Below are positions 12,860 to 24,650 of a DNA stretch of 64,000 nucleotides, piece by piece. Each line of letters opens with the position of its first letter. Position 1 is the first letter of the stretch. The stretch comes from Squalus acanthias (lineage: Eukaryota). Both the position numbers and the translations under genes were made by a program. Under the pieces are notes generated by a model that did not search any database, had not been told where the DNA came from, and worked only from the letters and a program-made list of their open reading frames with translations. The DNA is taken from assembly GCA_030390025.1 (NCBI GenBank), contig CM059431.1:118484001-118548000 (forward strand), in the 5' to 3' direction.

Positions 12860-13280
12860 TACATAGTGTATACATATATCAAATACACTATCATTACAAG
12901 TTGGAAACTACCAGAGCGTGTGAAATAATACGAACCTAAGGGTGTGCTGATGTATTAAGCCCAATATCCCCACCAGTGTGAGTTGTCCTCTATCCTGTAA
13001 ATTTCAATATCCATTCTCAAGTTTTGTCTTGCTCCAAAACATAAAAATGCTTTAGGGAGGAGTTCAGTCACATCACGAGCTCACTGAAAACCTCAGACAA
13101 CAGGGGAATGTCGTACCCGAATTGTGCCACATAATTGTGCAGCTCCTACTTAAGTATCTCATTTACTGTCAGTTTCACTTGAGCATAGGTTTTGATGCTG
13201 AGTAAAACATGTTGGTTGATGGACAGGTCCTGTTAGACCCGTAAAGCATGGTAGTTGCGGTAGTAGAGCCCAAGGGGTTA
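12860..13280 (-). pseudogene. env: env C-terminal (heptad repeat / transmembrane) remnant
   Basis: Manual translation across stops and frameshifts: QVKLTVNEILK*ELHNYVAQFGYDIP..KHFYVLEQ..EDNSHWW..DIGLNTSAHP*VRIISHALVV/FQLVMIVYLI, aligning with the env at 33962-34330. Confidence 0.75.
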
Positions 13281-14584
13281 ATTTATCAAATCATAATTTC
13301 CTTCTGTCACTGTGGGGAAATATTAACTTAAAATTAAGAAACTTAAATTTAATAATGTCCAATATCTTTAAATTTCATACTAAAGTTGTTGCTTGCTGAA
13401 CCTAAACAGCTGTCAGTTGAAAGAGGTTAACTCCTTTGCAGGTTTTTAAGAAGGTGGAGCAAAACATTGTCAGGCGCACGCAATTGCGTCACTTCATGTA
13501 AATTTAAAAAAAAACTTTCTGATCGAAAAAGACGGTTGTGTTTTCACACTTTAACTAAACATGAACAGAACATGATAAAACACAACAAAATAGCACATGC
13601 ATGCAGAAAACAGTAAAGTACATCATATTTCTTATTGTCCTTTCTTCAGATGCCTTTCCAAAATACTGTAAAAACATTGAATATAACTGGAGAAAAATTA
13701 GTTTTTCACATTTAAGAAAATCAAATCAAACTGCTTTGGAAGATTGCACCATAGCAACCGTGACTCCAAGGTTAAATCTTAGACTGAAACTTAATCTTTT
13801 GTTAAACAAACTTTTTGTTGTTCTGCTCAGTTTTTACACACCAGCTTAACTTAAATTGTAGTTCAAAGTTTTTTTTTCCAATTCTTGGGGCACAATCTTA
13901 TTCGCACATTCTTAAAACTTCCAAAATCCAAGACAAGACAAAAGTTTTAAACGCTTTTAACACAGAGAAGTGGGTCGAGCTAAAACACACATAGCAGAAT
14001 CTTTCTTTTAAAGACAGACTTTTCAGACAAAAGAAATACTGTAACTTCTTAAACATTCTGTCAGGAAAACTTTCACACTTTAACACACATTTTCATACAA
14101 ACTGAAACTCCAGCATTCCTTAACGTTCCTTTCACTCAGCAAATCTTGCGTTTTATTTGTCTCGGCACAGACGTTAATAACTTCCATGTCGGTAAAACTT
14201 TACATTTCTCTTTTTTTCCCCTCTTTTTAATTCGGCGTCTCAGCAGCTTTTCCTGGCTTTCCAAATGACTGTTTTTTTCCCTTCTTTGCTGAGTTTTCAG
14301 ATTGGTTAGCCTGCAAATTAGATCTTTTTCCTCTCTATCTCCCCTCCCCCCCCACCCCCCTCCCCTCCTGCACTTTATGCTTCACCTCCTTCAGGCTATC
14401 TATCAACTGTTCCCGGTGAATGCCAACGCCATTGTATTTCTGGTTTTACCTTTCAACACGCTCTTTACCGCTCCCTTCTTTCAGAGAGAAAAAAAAACTA
14501 TACTCAGTCTAAGCAACAATCACGTGCGTTTGACCGAGTCCCTCCGGTCCCCCCGACTGGAACCTTACAACTCCTAACTCTGTG

Positions 14585-14602
14585 ATCTCAATTCTGACAC
14601 CA
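14585..14602 (-). promoter_or_regulatory. Primer binding site, tRNA-Leu type
   Basis: TGGTGTCAGAATTGAGAT versus the Leu PBS TGGTGTCAGAAGTGGGAT (16/18), 1 nt from the LTR end. Confidence 0.8.
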
Positions 14603-14603
14603 C

Positions 14604-15374
14604 TGTAAGATTAGGATCACCGGCCACACATAGATTACCCAAAGGGTTTTAGCAGTTGCAAGGCTTTTATTAAAGAGCTACAGTTTTAAAGCATAATCAG
14701 ATATTACATATGGTATAAGCTGAGTATAATAGACATACAACCCGTGACTGTAGAGAGCGATCTATGACTCCTGAATTGGAATGCCACAGGTGGGGAGGCA
14801 GTACGGTGGTCTCGGATTGGGTGAAATCCTGCAGTTTGCTGCAGCGGTCACATCCGTTGGGTCATCTCTCGAGCTGTTAGAGGTGTTAGGCCGTCAGCCA
14901 CCTCAGAGGCTAAACTTGACCAAGGTGTTAGGCCGTAGCCACCTCGGGGAAGCCTTCGCCCCTAACTGCCTGATTTCCTCTCTCGGTCGTCTATATTTAT
15001 AGTTATTTCGGTGGGCTGGTAATCACCTGGTGTCAATCATTTGATCCCCCATCCTATTGTCCAATTGTGAAGCGGGCAGGCATCCCTCGCCGTCCCTTTC
15101 TGCATGACTGACGAGGCCGCCCTCTTATCTTTCTGAGGAATGTTTTGTTATGTTTCTTTAAGGACATTTTATGACTTTTCGGCTCCATTTTTGTCTATTA
15201 TCCCACCACCTTGTGTTGTTTTGCATTTTACGATTCCCTTATCACTTCTATTTGTCTTTTGATGCTTGATATTCGACCTTGTTGGCATTTCTGCTATCTG
15301 TTCCTGGCTGCATGTTGTCAGTCTCTGTTCTAAGAATTAAAACCCATCTTTGAATCTAACAACTATTTCTTACA
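14604..15374 (-). repeat. LTR (771 bp)
   Basis: TGTAAGA..TCTTACA inverted termini; minus-strand TATAAA near 15000 and AATAAA near 14670; adjacent PBS. Confidence 0.85.
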
Positions 15375-16044
15375 GGGTGATGATTGGGAGAACCCCTGAA
15401 CGTATACATCTAACGTATACATTTATTGTAGCAATGACTTTCATTTTATCAGGTTAAAAACAGGGTTTGTGTTCCACCACAAAACATAGCACATACTGTC
15501 ACTGCAACAATATACTTACAAATACATATTTTGTATGATCGCATTTTGCAAGTAGACCACAAGCCCAAGAGGAGAAAGCTAGTCCTATAAAGAAGGAAAG
15601 AGTTTGCTCATTAAGTATTCCTGCCCATTATAACATCTTAAGCTTCCTACAGACAAATCATTAGCTGACAGGATGCAGAGTTTTACACTACTGAGGACAA
15701 TTTGTCACCTTGTAAAGAGAGTTGGCTGATTATGAATGGTGTGTTTGTGTTCCTGTAAATAATAACACCTAGTCTGACTACTGCAACAAACATTAACAGT
15801 TAAATCAGACTGCCCTCCTTCCCCCAAATCAGAGAAAGCTTTTTATCTGTGCTAATTCTCTCAGCTGAAATGTTTCAGGTCACCTGTTTTGAACTTGGCA
15901 ATATAGCAGGCCCATCTTCAACTTGGTTGACCTTCCTGTTTACATAGAATTACATAGAAATGTCAACATAGAAACAGTCTGCTTGGTCCAACCAGTCTGT
16001 GTTGGTGTTTATCCCCCACACGAACAGTAGTCCTAATAGTCCTA

Positions 16045-16396
16045 GGTGGGCAGAGGAAACGCTTCAAGGACACCCTCAAAGCCTCCTTGAAAAAGTGCAA
16101 CATCCCACCGACACCTGGGAATCCCTGGCCCAAGACCGTACAAAGTGGAGGAAAAGCATCCGGGAAGGCGCCGAATACCTCGAGTCTCTTCGCCGGGAGC
16201 AAGCAGAAGCCAAGCGCAAATAGCGGAAGGAGCGCATGTCAACCCAAGCACCTCACCCACCCGCCCCTTCAACCACCGTCTGCCCCACCTGTGACAGAGA
16301 CTGTAGGTCCCACATTGGACTCATCAGTCACCTGAGAACTCATTTTTAATGTGGAAGCAAGTCATCCTCGGTTCCGAGGGACTGCCTAAGAAGAAG
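16045..16396 (+). mobile_element. RTE-clade LINE 3' end
   Basis: GGQRKRFKDTLKASLKKC..WESLAQDRTKWR..C-x2-C..IGLISHLRTH; tail (AAG)n; TSD AGTCCTAAT at 16029-16037 and 16397-16405. Confidence 0.85.
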
Positions 16397-17011
16397 AGTC
16401 CTAATCTTACATGCTTGCCCTGTTCCCATATCCCTTTATTCCCCTTTCATTCAATCACCTTTCTAACCTATTCTTAGAAGTTGATATGCTCTTTGTTTCA
16501 ATCACTAACTTCAGTAGTGCATACCACAGCTTCACAACCATCTGTATAAAAAGTTTCTCCTGCTCTCTGTCCTAAATTTGATCATTTAATTTTATATCTT
16601 CAATCTCGACCCCTCTTGAAAGAGTCTGTTTCTATCTACCCTGTCTCATCCCTTTATCATTAAAATCTCCTCTATCAAAACACCCTGTAATCTCCTCTGT
16701 TTTAATTGAAGCAGCCTTCAGTTTTTCAAGTCTTTCTTTGCATTTGTATCTCCTCATACCAGGCAGCATTGTAGTGAATCTGTGCTGCACCCTCTATTGC
16801 CTCAACATCCTTCGTATAGTGTACAGCCTAAAACTGCACACACTACTCTAGCTGTGGTCTTACTAAGATTCACCATTATATCTTGACTTTTATGTCCTAT
16901 ACCTCCAGCCATATAACCCAATATTCCATTAGCTGTTTCTGATGTCTTGTGAACCCAAGCCCCTGAATCTCTTTGTCGTTCGACATCACCCAGCTTTCCC
17001 CTATTCAAACT

Positions 17012-17434
17012 TGAAGTAAGCCCCCAAAGTGCGGACCAAGTGATATACAAGGTCGACGCTACTGGCTTGTTGAAAGAAAGACAGACCAAGTAATTGAAGT
17101 CACAATGGTTTATTCAGGCCTGGGGAGAACCTCTTAAGTCGCTGCGTAAGTCCAACTCCGCCGAGCTAATCAAAGCACACATATTTATACAAACATTTCT
17201 GCCTTACCGTTACGGAGATCCAATTAATTTTAAAAGTTACACATTACTCATTACCTGAGGGTGGCTGTTTATACAAAGATAACACATAATTTACACACAA
17301 TGCTGTCCTAGCCCGTGATGTGGTTTCAAGAACTGCGTTCCGTTTTCTGTTAATCTCGTTATAGGCCTGCTTTTCTGCAAATGAGTCGTGCCCGTCTTGC
17401 CCTGGTTATGTCCAATTTTTAATATCTTACTTCA
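17012..17434 (-). mobile_element. Solo LTR (423 bp)
   Basis: TGAAGTAAG..CTTACTTCA inverted termini; 5-bp TSD AAACT (17007-17011, 17435-17439); minus-strand TATAAA and AATAAA. Confidence 0.85.
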
Positions 17435-17809
17435 AAACTGTAATTATTATTATTAACAAAATGTAACGCTTCACATTTACTGACATTTAATTCCATCTGC
17501 CAGTATTTTTCCCATCTTATAAATATTTCTTTGTAGCTTCTTTGGTCCTTGGATTTATTCGCTATACCTTCTATTTTTTAGTATCATCTGCAAACTTTGG
17601 ATCTCGCTCCCTCTTGGTCTATGTCCAAATCATTGATGCAACAGTGAACAGAAGTGTCCCAGAACACTGTGGAACACCGGTATCTACTTACAACCACTCT
17701 GAGAAACTGCCCTTGGAGTTTTTCAGCTGTACAGAGTGAAGATCAGGTACATACAAAATAAAGTGCTACAGAGACAATGGTGGGAGAGTGTGATTATTTT
17801 CAGTGCAGT

Positions 17810-18090
17810 CATTTATATAAGCAAATGTGGAAGCTATTTTGCGCACATCAAGCTCCTACAAACAGCAATGAGACACCATTTGATCTGTTTGTTGATGGTG
17901 TTAGGTGAAGTAGGAATGTTGGCTAGGACACTTTAGAACTCCTTGCTCTTCTTTGAAATATGGAATATTTAATTTTCACCTGAACAAGCAGCTGAAGCTT
18001 CAGTTTAATATTTAGTCTGAAGGATGAAACCTTTGACAGTACTCATGAAGTGGACTTCAAGTCCCAACCTTCTGACTCAGAGGTGAAAGT
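17810..18090 (-). mobile_element. Degraded DeuSINE-like element
   Basis: Patchy similarity to 31996-32417; ttctgactcagaggtga corresponds to the tRNA-derived head seen near 53240. Confidence 0.55.
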
Positions 18091-18602
18091 GCAATCAACT
18101 TGGCCAAACTCAAGCATACAGGTGGTGAGCCGAGTAGGAATATTGCTACAGATGATGCCAAGACATAGGGGTCCAAAATTCAAGATACAAGAGAGGCTAC
18201 TAGGAAAAATAAGAGGGACAATTATCAAGGAGGCATTTAGAGACCCTGCAGCAATGAAATGAGTATGCAGCTTCCAGAAGTACCATGTGTGCAGCAGGAT
18301 AGGAACAAGTGGGTGGTTTTCTACTGACCAGCACGTCCCTTACCAACATACGCCTCTGCGTCGTGAATGTGAAGGCAGAAGCTCTCAAAAGAATGCAGCC
18401 CTCCTCTCCCCACCAGAGTCAGATAGCCTCTGGGTCTGTGCTCTATGTCTGCAATGTAGAGGTAGGCAGCTGGTGGAATCATAAACAAGTCTTTGGGAGA
18501 CATCGCAAGAATCCACCATATCTAATCCTCCTTTGTCATCAATTGGGATTTATATACAAGAAAGAAGATGGCACACTAGTACACAAAGCACAGTGATGCA
18601 TG

Positions 18603-19040
18603 AGAGATTGAGTAGATTGGGCCTATACTCTCTGGAGTTTACAAGAATGAGAGGTGATCTCATTGAAACATATAAAATCTGAGGGAGATTGACAGGGTAG
18701 ATGCTGAGAGGTTGTTTCCCCTGGCTGGAGAGTCTAGAACTAGGGGGCACAGTCTCAAGATAAGGGGTCGGCCATTTAGGACTGAGATGAGGAGGAATTT
18801 ATTCACTCAGAGGGTTGTGAATCTTTGGAATTCTCTACCCCAAAGAGCTGTGAATGCTCAGTCGTTGATTATATTCAAGGCGGAGATAGATAGATTTTTG
18901 GACTCTAGGGGAATCAAGGAATATGGAGGTTGGGCGGGAAAGTGGAGTTGAGTTTGAAGATCAGCCATGATCTTATTGAATGGTGGAGCAGGCTCGAGGG
19001 GCCGTATGGACTACTCCTGTTCCTAATTCTTATGTTCTTA
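18603..19040 (+). mobile_element. CR1 3' fragment
   Basis: FPLAGESRTRGHSLKIRG..QRVVNLWNSLPQ; 3'UTR and TTCTTATG tail. Confidence 0.95.
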
Positions 19041-19188
19041 TACTGCACACAACACTCTTTACAATAATAAAAAACGAACATGCAACCTGAAAGGGTTGCA
19101 GTCAAAAATGTTTTAGTACAATTTTCTTTAAGAATTCTGCTTTATGCCAAAAAAAAGAGAGCAGCTGGGTATCTTTTGTGGCAAAGTT

Positions 19189-22100
19189 CATAGAATCATA
19201 GAATCATAGAAGATAGGAGCAGGAGTAGGCCATTCGCCCCTCTAGCCCTGCTCCGCCATTCAATGCGATCATGGTTGATCATCCAAATTCAGTACCCTGT
19301 ACCTGCTTTCTCCCCATATCCCTTGATCCCCTTAGCCTTAAGAAATATATCTAACTCCTTCTTGAATATATTTAATGAATTGGCCTCTACTGCCTTCTGT
19401 GGCAGAGAATTCCACAGGTTCACCACTCTCTGGGTGAAGAAATTCCTCCTCATTTCTGACCTAAATGGCTTACCCCTTATCCTTAGACTGTGACCCCTGG
19501 TTCTGGACTCCCCGACCATCGGGAACATCCTTCCTGCATCTAGTTTGTCCTGTCATGTCAGAATTTTATAAGTTTCAATGAGATCCCCTCTCATTCTTCT
19601 AAACTCCAGCGAGTATAAGCCCAATCGACCCAATCTCTCTTCATACGTCATTCCTGCCATCCCAGGTATCAGCCTTGTGAATCTTCGCTGAACTCCTTCC
19701 ATGGCAAGAACATCCTTCCTCAGATAAGGCGACCAAAACTGCACACATTACTCAAGGTGTGGTCTCACCAAGGCCCTGTACAACTGCAGCAAGACATCCT
19801 TGTTCCTGTACTCAAACCCTCTCGCTATGAAGGCCAACATACCATTTGCCTTCTTAACCGTCTGCTGCACCTGCATGCTTACCTTCAGCGACTGGTGCAC
19901 AAGGACACCCAGGTCTTGTTGCACTTCCCCTTCTCCCAATCTATTGCCATTCAGATAATAATCTGTCTTTCTGTTTTTGACACCAAAGTGGATAACCTCG
20001 CATTTATCCACGTTATATTGCATCTGCCACGCTTCTGCCCAATCACCCAACCTATCCATATCATCCTGGAGTTTCTCGGCATCCTCCTCGCACTACACAC
20101 GCCCACCCAGTTTTGTGTCGTCTGCAAACTTGGAGATAGTACATCCAGTTCCCTTGTCTAGATCATTAATATATATTGTGAATAGCTGGGGTCCAAGGAC
20201 CGATCCCTGAGGTATCCCACTAGTCACCCTGCCTGCCACTCGGAAAAAGACCCGTTTATTCCAACTCTTTGCTTTCTGTCTGCCAACCAGTTCTCTATCC
20301 AAGTCAATACCTTGCCCCCAATCCCATGTGCCTTAACTTTACACGCTAATCTCTTATGCGGGACCTTATCAAAAGCCTTTTGGAATTCCAAATACACCAC
20401 ATCCACTAGTTCTCCCTTATCTATTTTACCAGTTACATCCTCAAAAAATTCCAGTAGATTAGTCAAGCATGATTTACCTTTTGTAAATCCATGTTGACTT
20501 TGTCCGATCCCGTCACTGTTTTCCAAGTGCTCAGCTATTACATCTTTTATAATGGACTCTAGCATTTCCCCCACTAACGATGTGTAAAGTTTCGCAATTA
20601 TCGCGATTCGAAATAACGAGATAAAAGCAGATTCGTTTGATCAGTTTATTTAAACGAAATGCTGTCATGATTAAACAGGACACAGAAGCCTGTAAAATGG
20701 CCGCCGCGCATCGTGGCAGAAGTTTCCAGAAGTACAGTGGGCAGACAAGATGGCGTTCGAATAAACATTTTCGATAAGCACTGATAAAGACAGGATGCAA
20801 CCTGTTTGCATTTGTGACAATAGCAAAAGATATGAGTGCTGGAATCGTTTTCCATGCACAAGTAAGGACCATTGTACTGGGCAATCGAAGGCCCATCCAG
20901 ACACATCAATACGCAAATACCCCCACGGCTCTACAATGAGAGAGCCATTCTCGGGTGATTAAACAAGTATTCGGGGGCCCCCAAAACCCAGCCAGGGAGG
21001 CTCCGAGCCGGTTCAACAATGGGGAAAACATTAACGGGTAGTTAGCCAGTCTCAGGTGCTACCGAAACCCGTTAAAGACAAGAATCACCCCATGCTGGGA
21101 GTTTTGAGCGCCAATATTTCACAAATGACAAACATTAAGATTTGAGCGGGAGATAAGGGAACACAGCACTATAACTATAGACAACAAATGTCCACCGCTC
21201 TCTTACTCCCTTGATTCGATTCTTATTCGCTTGATTCGTGCTCTTGTTTCTCTGGACTATTGACTCTGGACTTTTAGCCGCACTGGACAGTTATTCGAAT
21301 GTTGGGTGGAGCTCAAATGGGACGAGCCGCCTCGACGGAGGGCGAGTCACCGGGTGCACCATCCCGAGTGTCGGTAAATGGTGTTTTGGACCCGAAGGCC
21401 CGAAGAGACGAGACGAGATGAGATGAGAAGAGAAGAAGAAGAATCCACGTGCCGCCGCGGTCAGTAAACCCCGACCGCGCCGAATTTATACGAACTCTAT
21501 CGGTTACTGCACGAACTGGTCATAGACTCTTCCTCGAATTTTATCGACAACCGGTGTCGATACAGGAAGACTCTTCTTTGAGTTCTACAAACGGGCCCGA
21601 GCACTGTCGAGTTCTTCATGACAACGGGGAGCCCAGCCTGCTTGCAGCAGCAGCGAAGATAAACAAGTGGGGTACAGAGACCCCTCCAAACACGTGACAG
21701 TCAGGCGCTGCAGCGAAACGAGCCGAGCGCCTCACTTTAAAATTCTCCGAAGTATCACGAGTGGTGAGCATGTTTCCTGATCCTACAAATCTAGATGTAG
21801 TGTAGGTATTGAGAGGGGAGGGTGGTTTTATTAAGGATAAAATATAATGTGTTCCCCTTTTTACGATGTGCCGTGCGTTCTTCATTACCATAGACCAAGC
21901 TTTATGAATGTATGTATACTTGTACTATCATTAATTTGTGCCTATGACATGTACTTCATGATTTTGGACGCTATGCAATAAAGATTTCCATTTCGTACTA
22001 TTCAACCGGGTCTATTTGAGTTTTTCTCTGCATTACTGCTCTCGCACCTAAGTCCAGTGTTAGAACCGTAAGGGCGAGTGGGTCGAACCACTCACAGGTG

Positions 22101-23712
22101 CTTATTGCAACAAGGCTGGCCGGAGACCAGAGCAAGCAATAGTATTAGGCAACGAAGGCCTAACCCCACACCAGCACCGTCTGCGATACAAGCACGACAC
22201 AACCCCTTACAGATGTCAGGCTTACCGGTCTGTAATTCCCCATTTTCTCTCTACCACCCTTTTTGAATAGTGGGGTAACATTAGCTACCCTCCAATCCAT
22301 GGGTACTGTTCCAGATTCCATCGAATGTTGGAAGATGATCAGCAATGCATCTACTATTTCTAGGGCCACTTCCTTAAGTACCCTAGGATGTAGATTATCA
22401 GGCCCTGGGGATTTATCGGCCTTCAATCCCTTCAATTTCCCTAACACCATTTCCCTACAAATACTGATTTCTTTCAGTTCCTCCCTTTCATCAGACCCTA
22501 TGTTCCCCAACATCTCTGGGAGGTTATTTGTGTCCTCCTTTGTGAAGACAGAACCAAATATGTATTTAATTGGTCTGCCATTTCTTTGTTCCCCATTATA
22601 CGTGCCCCTGATTCTGACTGCAAGGGATCTATGCTTGATTTCACTAATCTTTTTCTCTTCACATATCTATAAAAGCTTTTACAGTCAGTTTTTATGTTCC
22701 CTTCAAGCTTACTCTTGTATTTTATTTTCCCCTTCTTAATTAATCCCTTTGTCCTCCTTTGTTGAATCTTAAACTGCTCCCAATCCTCAGGGTTACTGCT
22801 TTTTCTGGCCAATTTATATGCCCTCTCCTTGGATCTTATGCTATCCCTAATTTCCCTTGTTAGCCACGGTTGAGTCACCCTTTTTGTTTTATTCTTATGC
22901 CAAACTGGGATAAACAAATTCTGTAGTTCGTCCATGCGGTCTTTGAATGTTTGCCATTGCCTATCCACCGTCAACCCTTTGAGTGACATTCCCCAATCAA
23001 TCCTACCCAACTCGCATCTCATACCATCGTAGCTTCCTTTATTTAAATTCAGGACCCTAGTCTCTGAGTCAACTACTTCACTCTCCATCCTAATGAAGAA
23101 TTCTATCATATTATGATCGCTCCAACCCAAGGGGCCTCGCACAACTAGATTGCTAATTAATCCTTTCTCATTGCATAATACCCAGTCTAAGATGGCCTGA
23201 TCTCTGGTTGATTCCTCAACATATTGGTCCAGGAAGCCATCCCGTAAACACTCCAGGAATTCCTCCTCCATAGTATTGTTACTAATTTGGTTAGCCCAAT
23301 CTATATGTAGATTAAAGTCACCCATGATGACTGCTGTGCCCTTATTGCACGCTTCTCTAATTTCCCTTTTAATGCCATCCCCAACCTCCGCATTACTGTT
23401 TGGAGGTCTATATATCACTTCCACTAACGTTTTCTTCCCCTTGTTATTTCTCAGTTCAACCCATACAGATTCCACATCATCAGAGCTAATATCCTTCCTT
23501 TCAATTGTGTTAATCCCCTCTTTAACCAGCAATGCTACCCCACCTCCCTTTCCTTTTTGCCTATCTTTCCTGAATATTGAGTACCCCTGGATGTTGAGTT
23601 CCCAGCCTTGGCCACCCTGCAGCCATGTTTCGGTAATCCTAATCAAATCATTTTCGTTTACCTCTATTTGCGCAGCTAATTCATCCACCTTGTTCCGAGT
23701 GCTCCTTGCATT
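19189..23712 (-). mobile_element. CR1 LINE with nearly the whole ORF2 (APE endonuclease + RT), frameshifted and split by a solo LTR
   Basis: 22498-23688 ITETWL/KGGGVAL/YRPP/MGDFN/SDHN; 22160-22513, 20224-20574, 20093-20302, 19748-20059, 19553-19744 and 19289-19528 are colinear; (ATTCTATG)n tail. Confidence 0.97.
20583..22211 (+). mobile_element. Long solo LTR-like insertion (1629 bp)
   Basis: TGTAA..TTACA termini; 4-bp TSD GATG (20579-20582, 22212-22215); removal restores the CR1 sequence; AATAAA near 21978; CpG-rich. Confidence 0.85.
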
Positions 23713-23799
23713 AATCCCATCCTAATGGCAGAAAGAGCCCTGTGCAAACCTTTACCACTTTGGGAAATGACTACAATAATACAGAAGGTTCATGTTTCT

Positions 23800-24650
23800 C
23801 TCATCCTCTTACTGGGGCCTGGCTTGTTATAACTCCTTTTCTGCAATCATATTCTTCAGAGTCTTTCAATGGCAATATTCTGCAGCATGCAACAATTATT
23901 TTGTCAATTTGTTCCAGGTCATGATGTACCCAAGAGTGGTCCAGTCATCAGAAATGTTTAAACAAGCCAAGGTCTTTTCTAATATATGTGTTCCATTATA
24001 AGCCCTTTCTTGAAGTTCCTGGGTGTTCTGCAAAGGTGACAGCAGGCATTTTTGGAAGGAGTAACCAATGTCTTCATTGTGCAACAGTTGGAATTAATCT
24101 GCTACTCAAACAATTGGAGAACTCTTTCCATCAAGATTTGTACTTTGTGAAGACTTCATGGAAAAAAAAGCATTCATTTTATATAATATTTTGCTGGTCC
24201 TGTTAGTAAAAAGGAGCGCATTGTCTACAAATGCATGAGCAGTGACATGAATGTAATTACTGATGCCTTGTACTCGGGAATAAACACAGGACTGAAACAA
24301 ATTGGGTCTAGTCTTCAGCTGGTGCTGCACAACAGTATTGGACATTATGTTTGAAGATGAATGGCAAATGAGTGTTTCTGCTACTTTTCTGTACAGAAGT
24401 GAAGTCCATTCTAACTGGTGGCTCCTGAGGGTGCCTGAAAGAATCCAGTTGTGTCGATGTTTCGTACATGAGGAGCTGCTTTTTGGCTGCAGGTCTGCTC
24501 CAGGACCAAAGACAGATCAGAGCTGGTGTTTCTCTGTATATACTGTTCTTTGCTAAGGTCGAGCAGGTAGATCTCCAACATTCTGTTACCTCAAGTTGCA
24601 GCAAGTCCTAAAGGCCCCAGGCCATTGTCTCCTGATAGCCCTGCTCATTT
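23800..24650 (-). pseudogene. Ancient degraded Harbinger (HARBI1-like) transposase
   Basis: Fragments RVQGISNYIHV (cf. VQGxIDCTH), DIGY..LLSPLQN..ERAYN.H, DKIIVACC..NIA; no TIRs found. Confidence 0.6.

Larger units (their letters stand above)
12320..15374 (-). mobile_element. Defective, chimeric env-bearing LTR retroelement
   Basis: 5' LTR 14604-15374, Leu PBS, non-coding module shared with 36918-38480, env C-terminus at 12860-13280, then TGTAAGG (12615) starting a candidate unrelated 3' LTR remnant. Confidence 0.7.
15943..17700 (-). mobile_element. Old CR1 LINE interrupted by an RTE and a solo LTR
   Basis: acatagaattacatag tail; ORF 16802-17089 contains QRDSGAWVH..TANGILGYMAGGIGHKSQD; [11 protein letters not shown] sequence near 17580. 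Confidence 0.7.
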
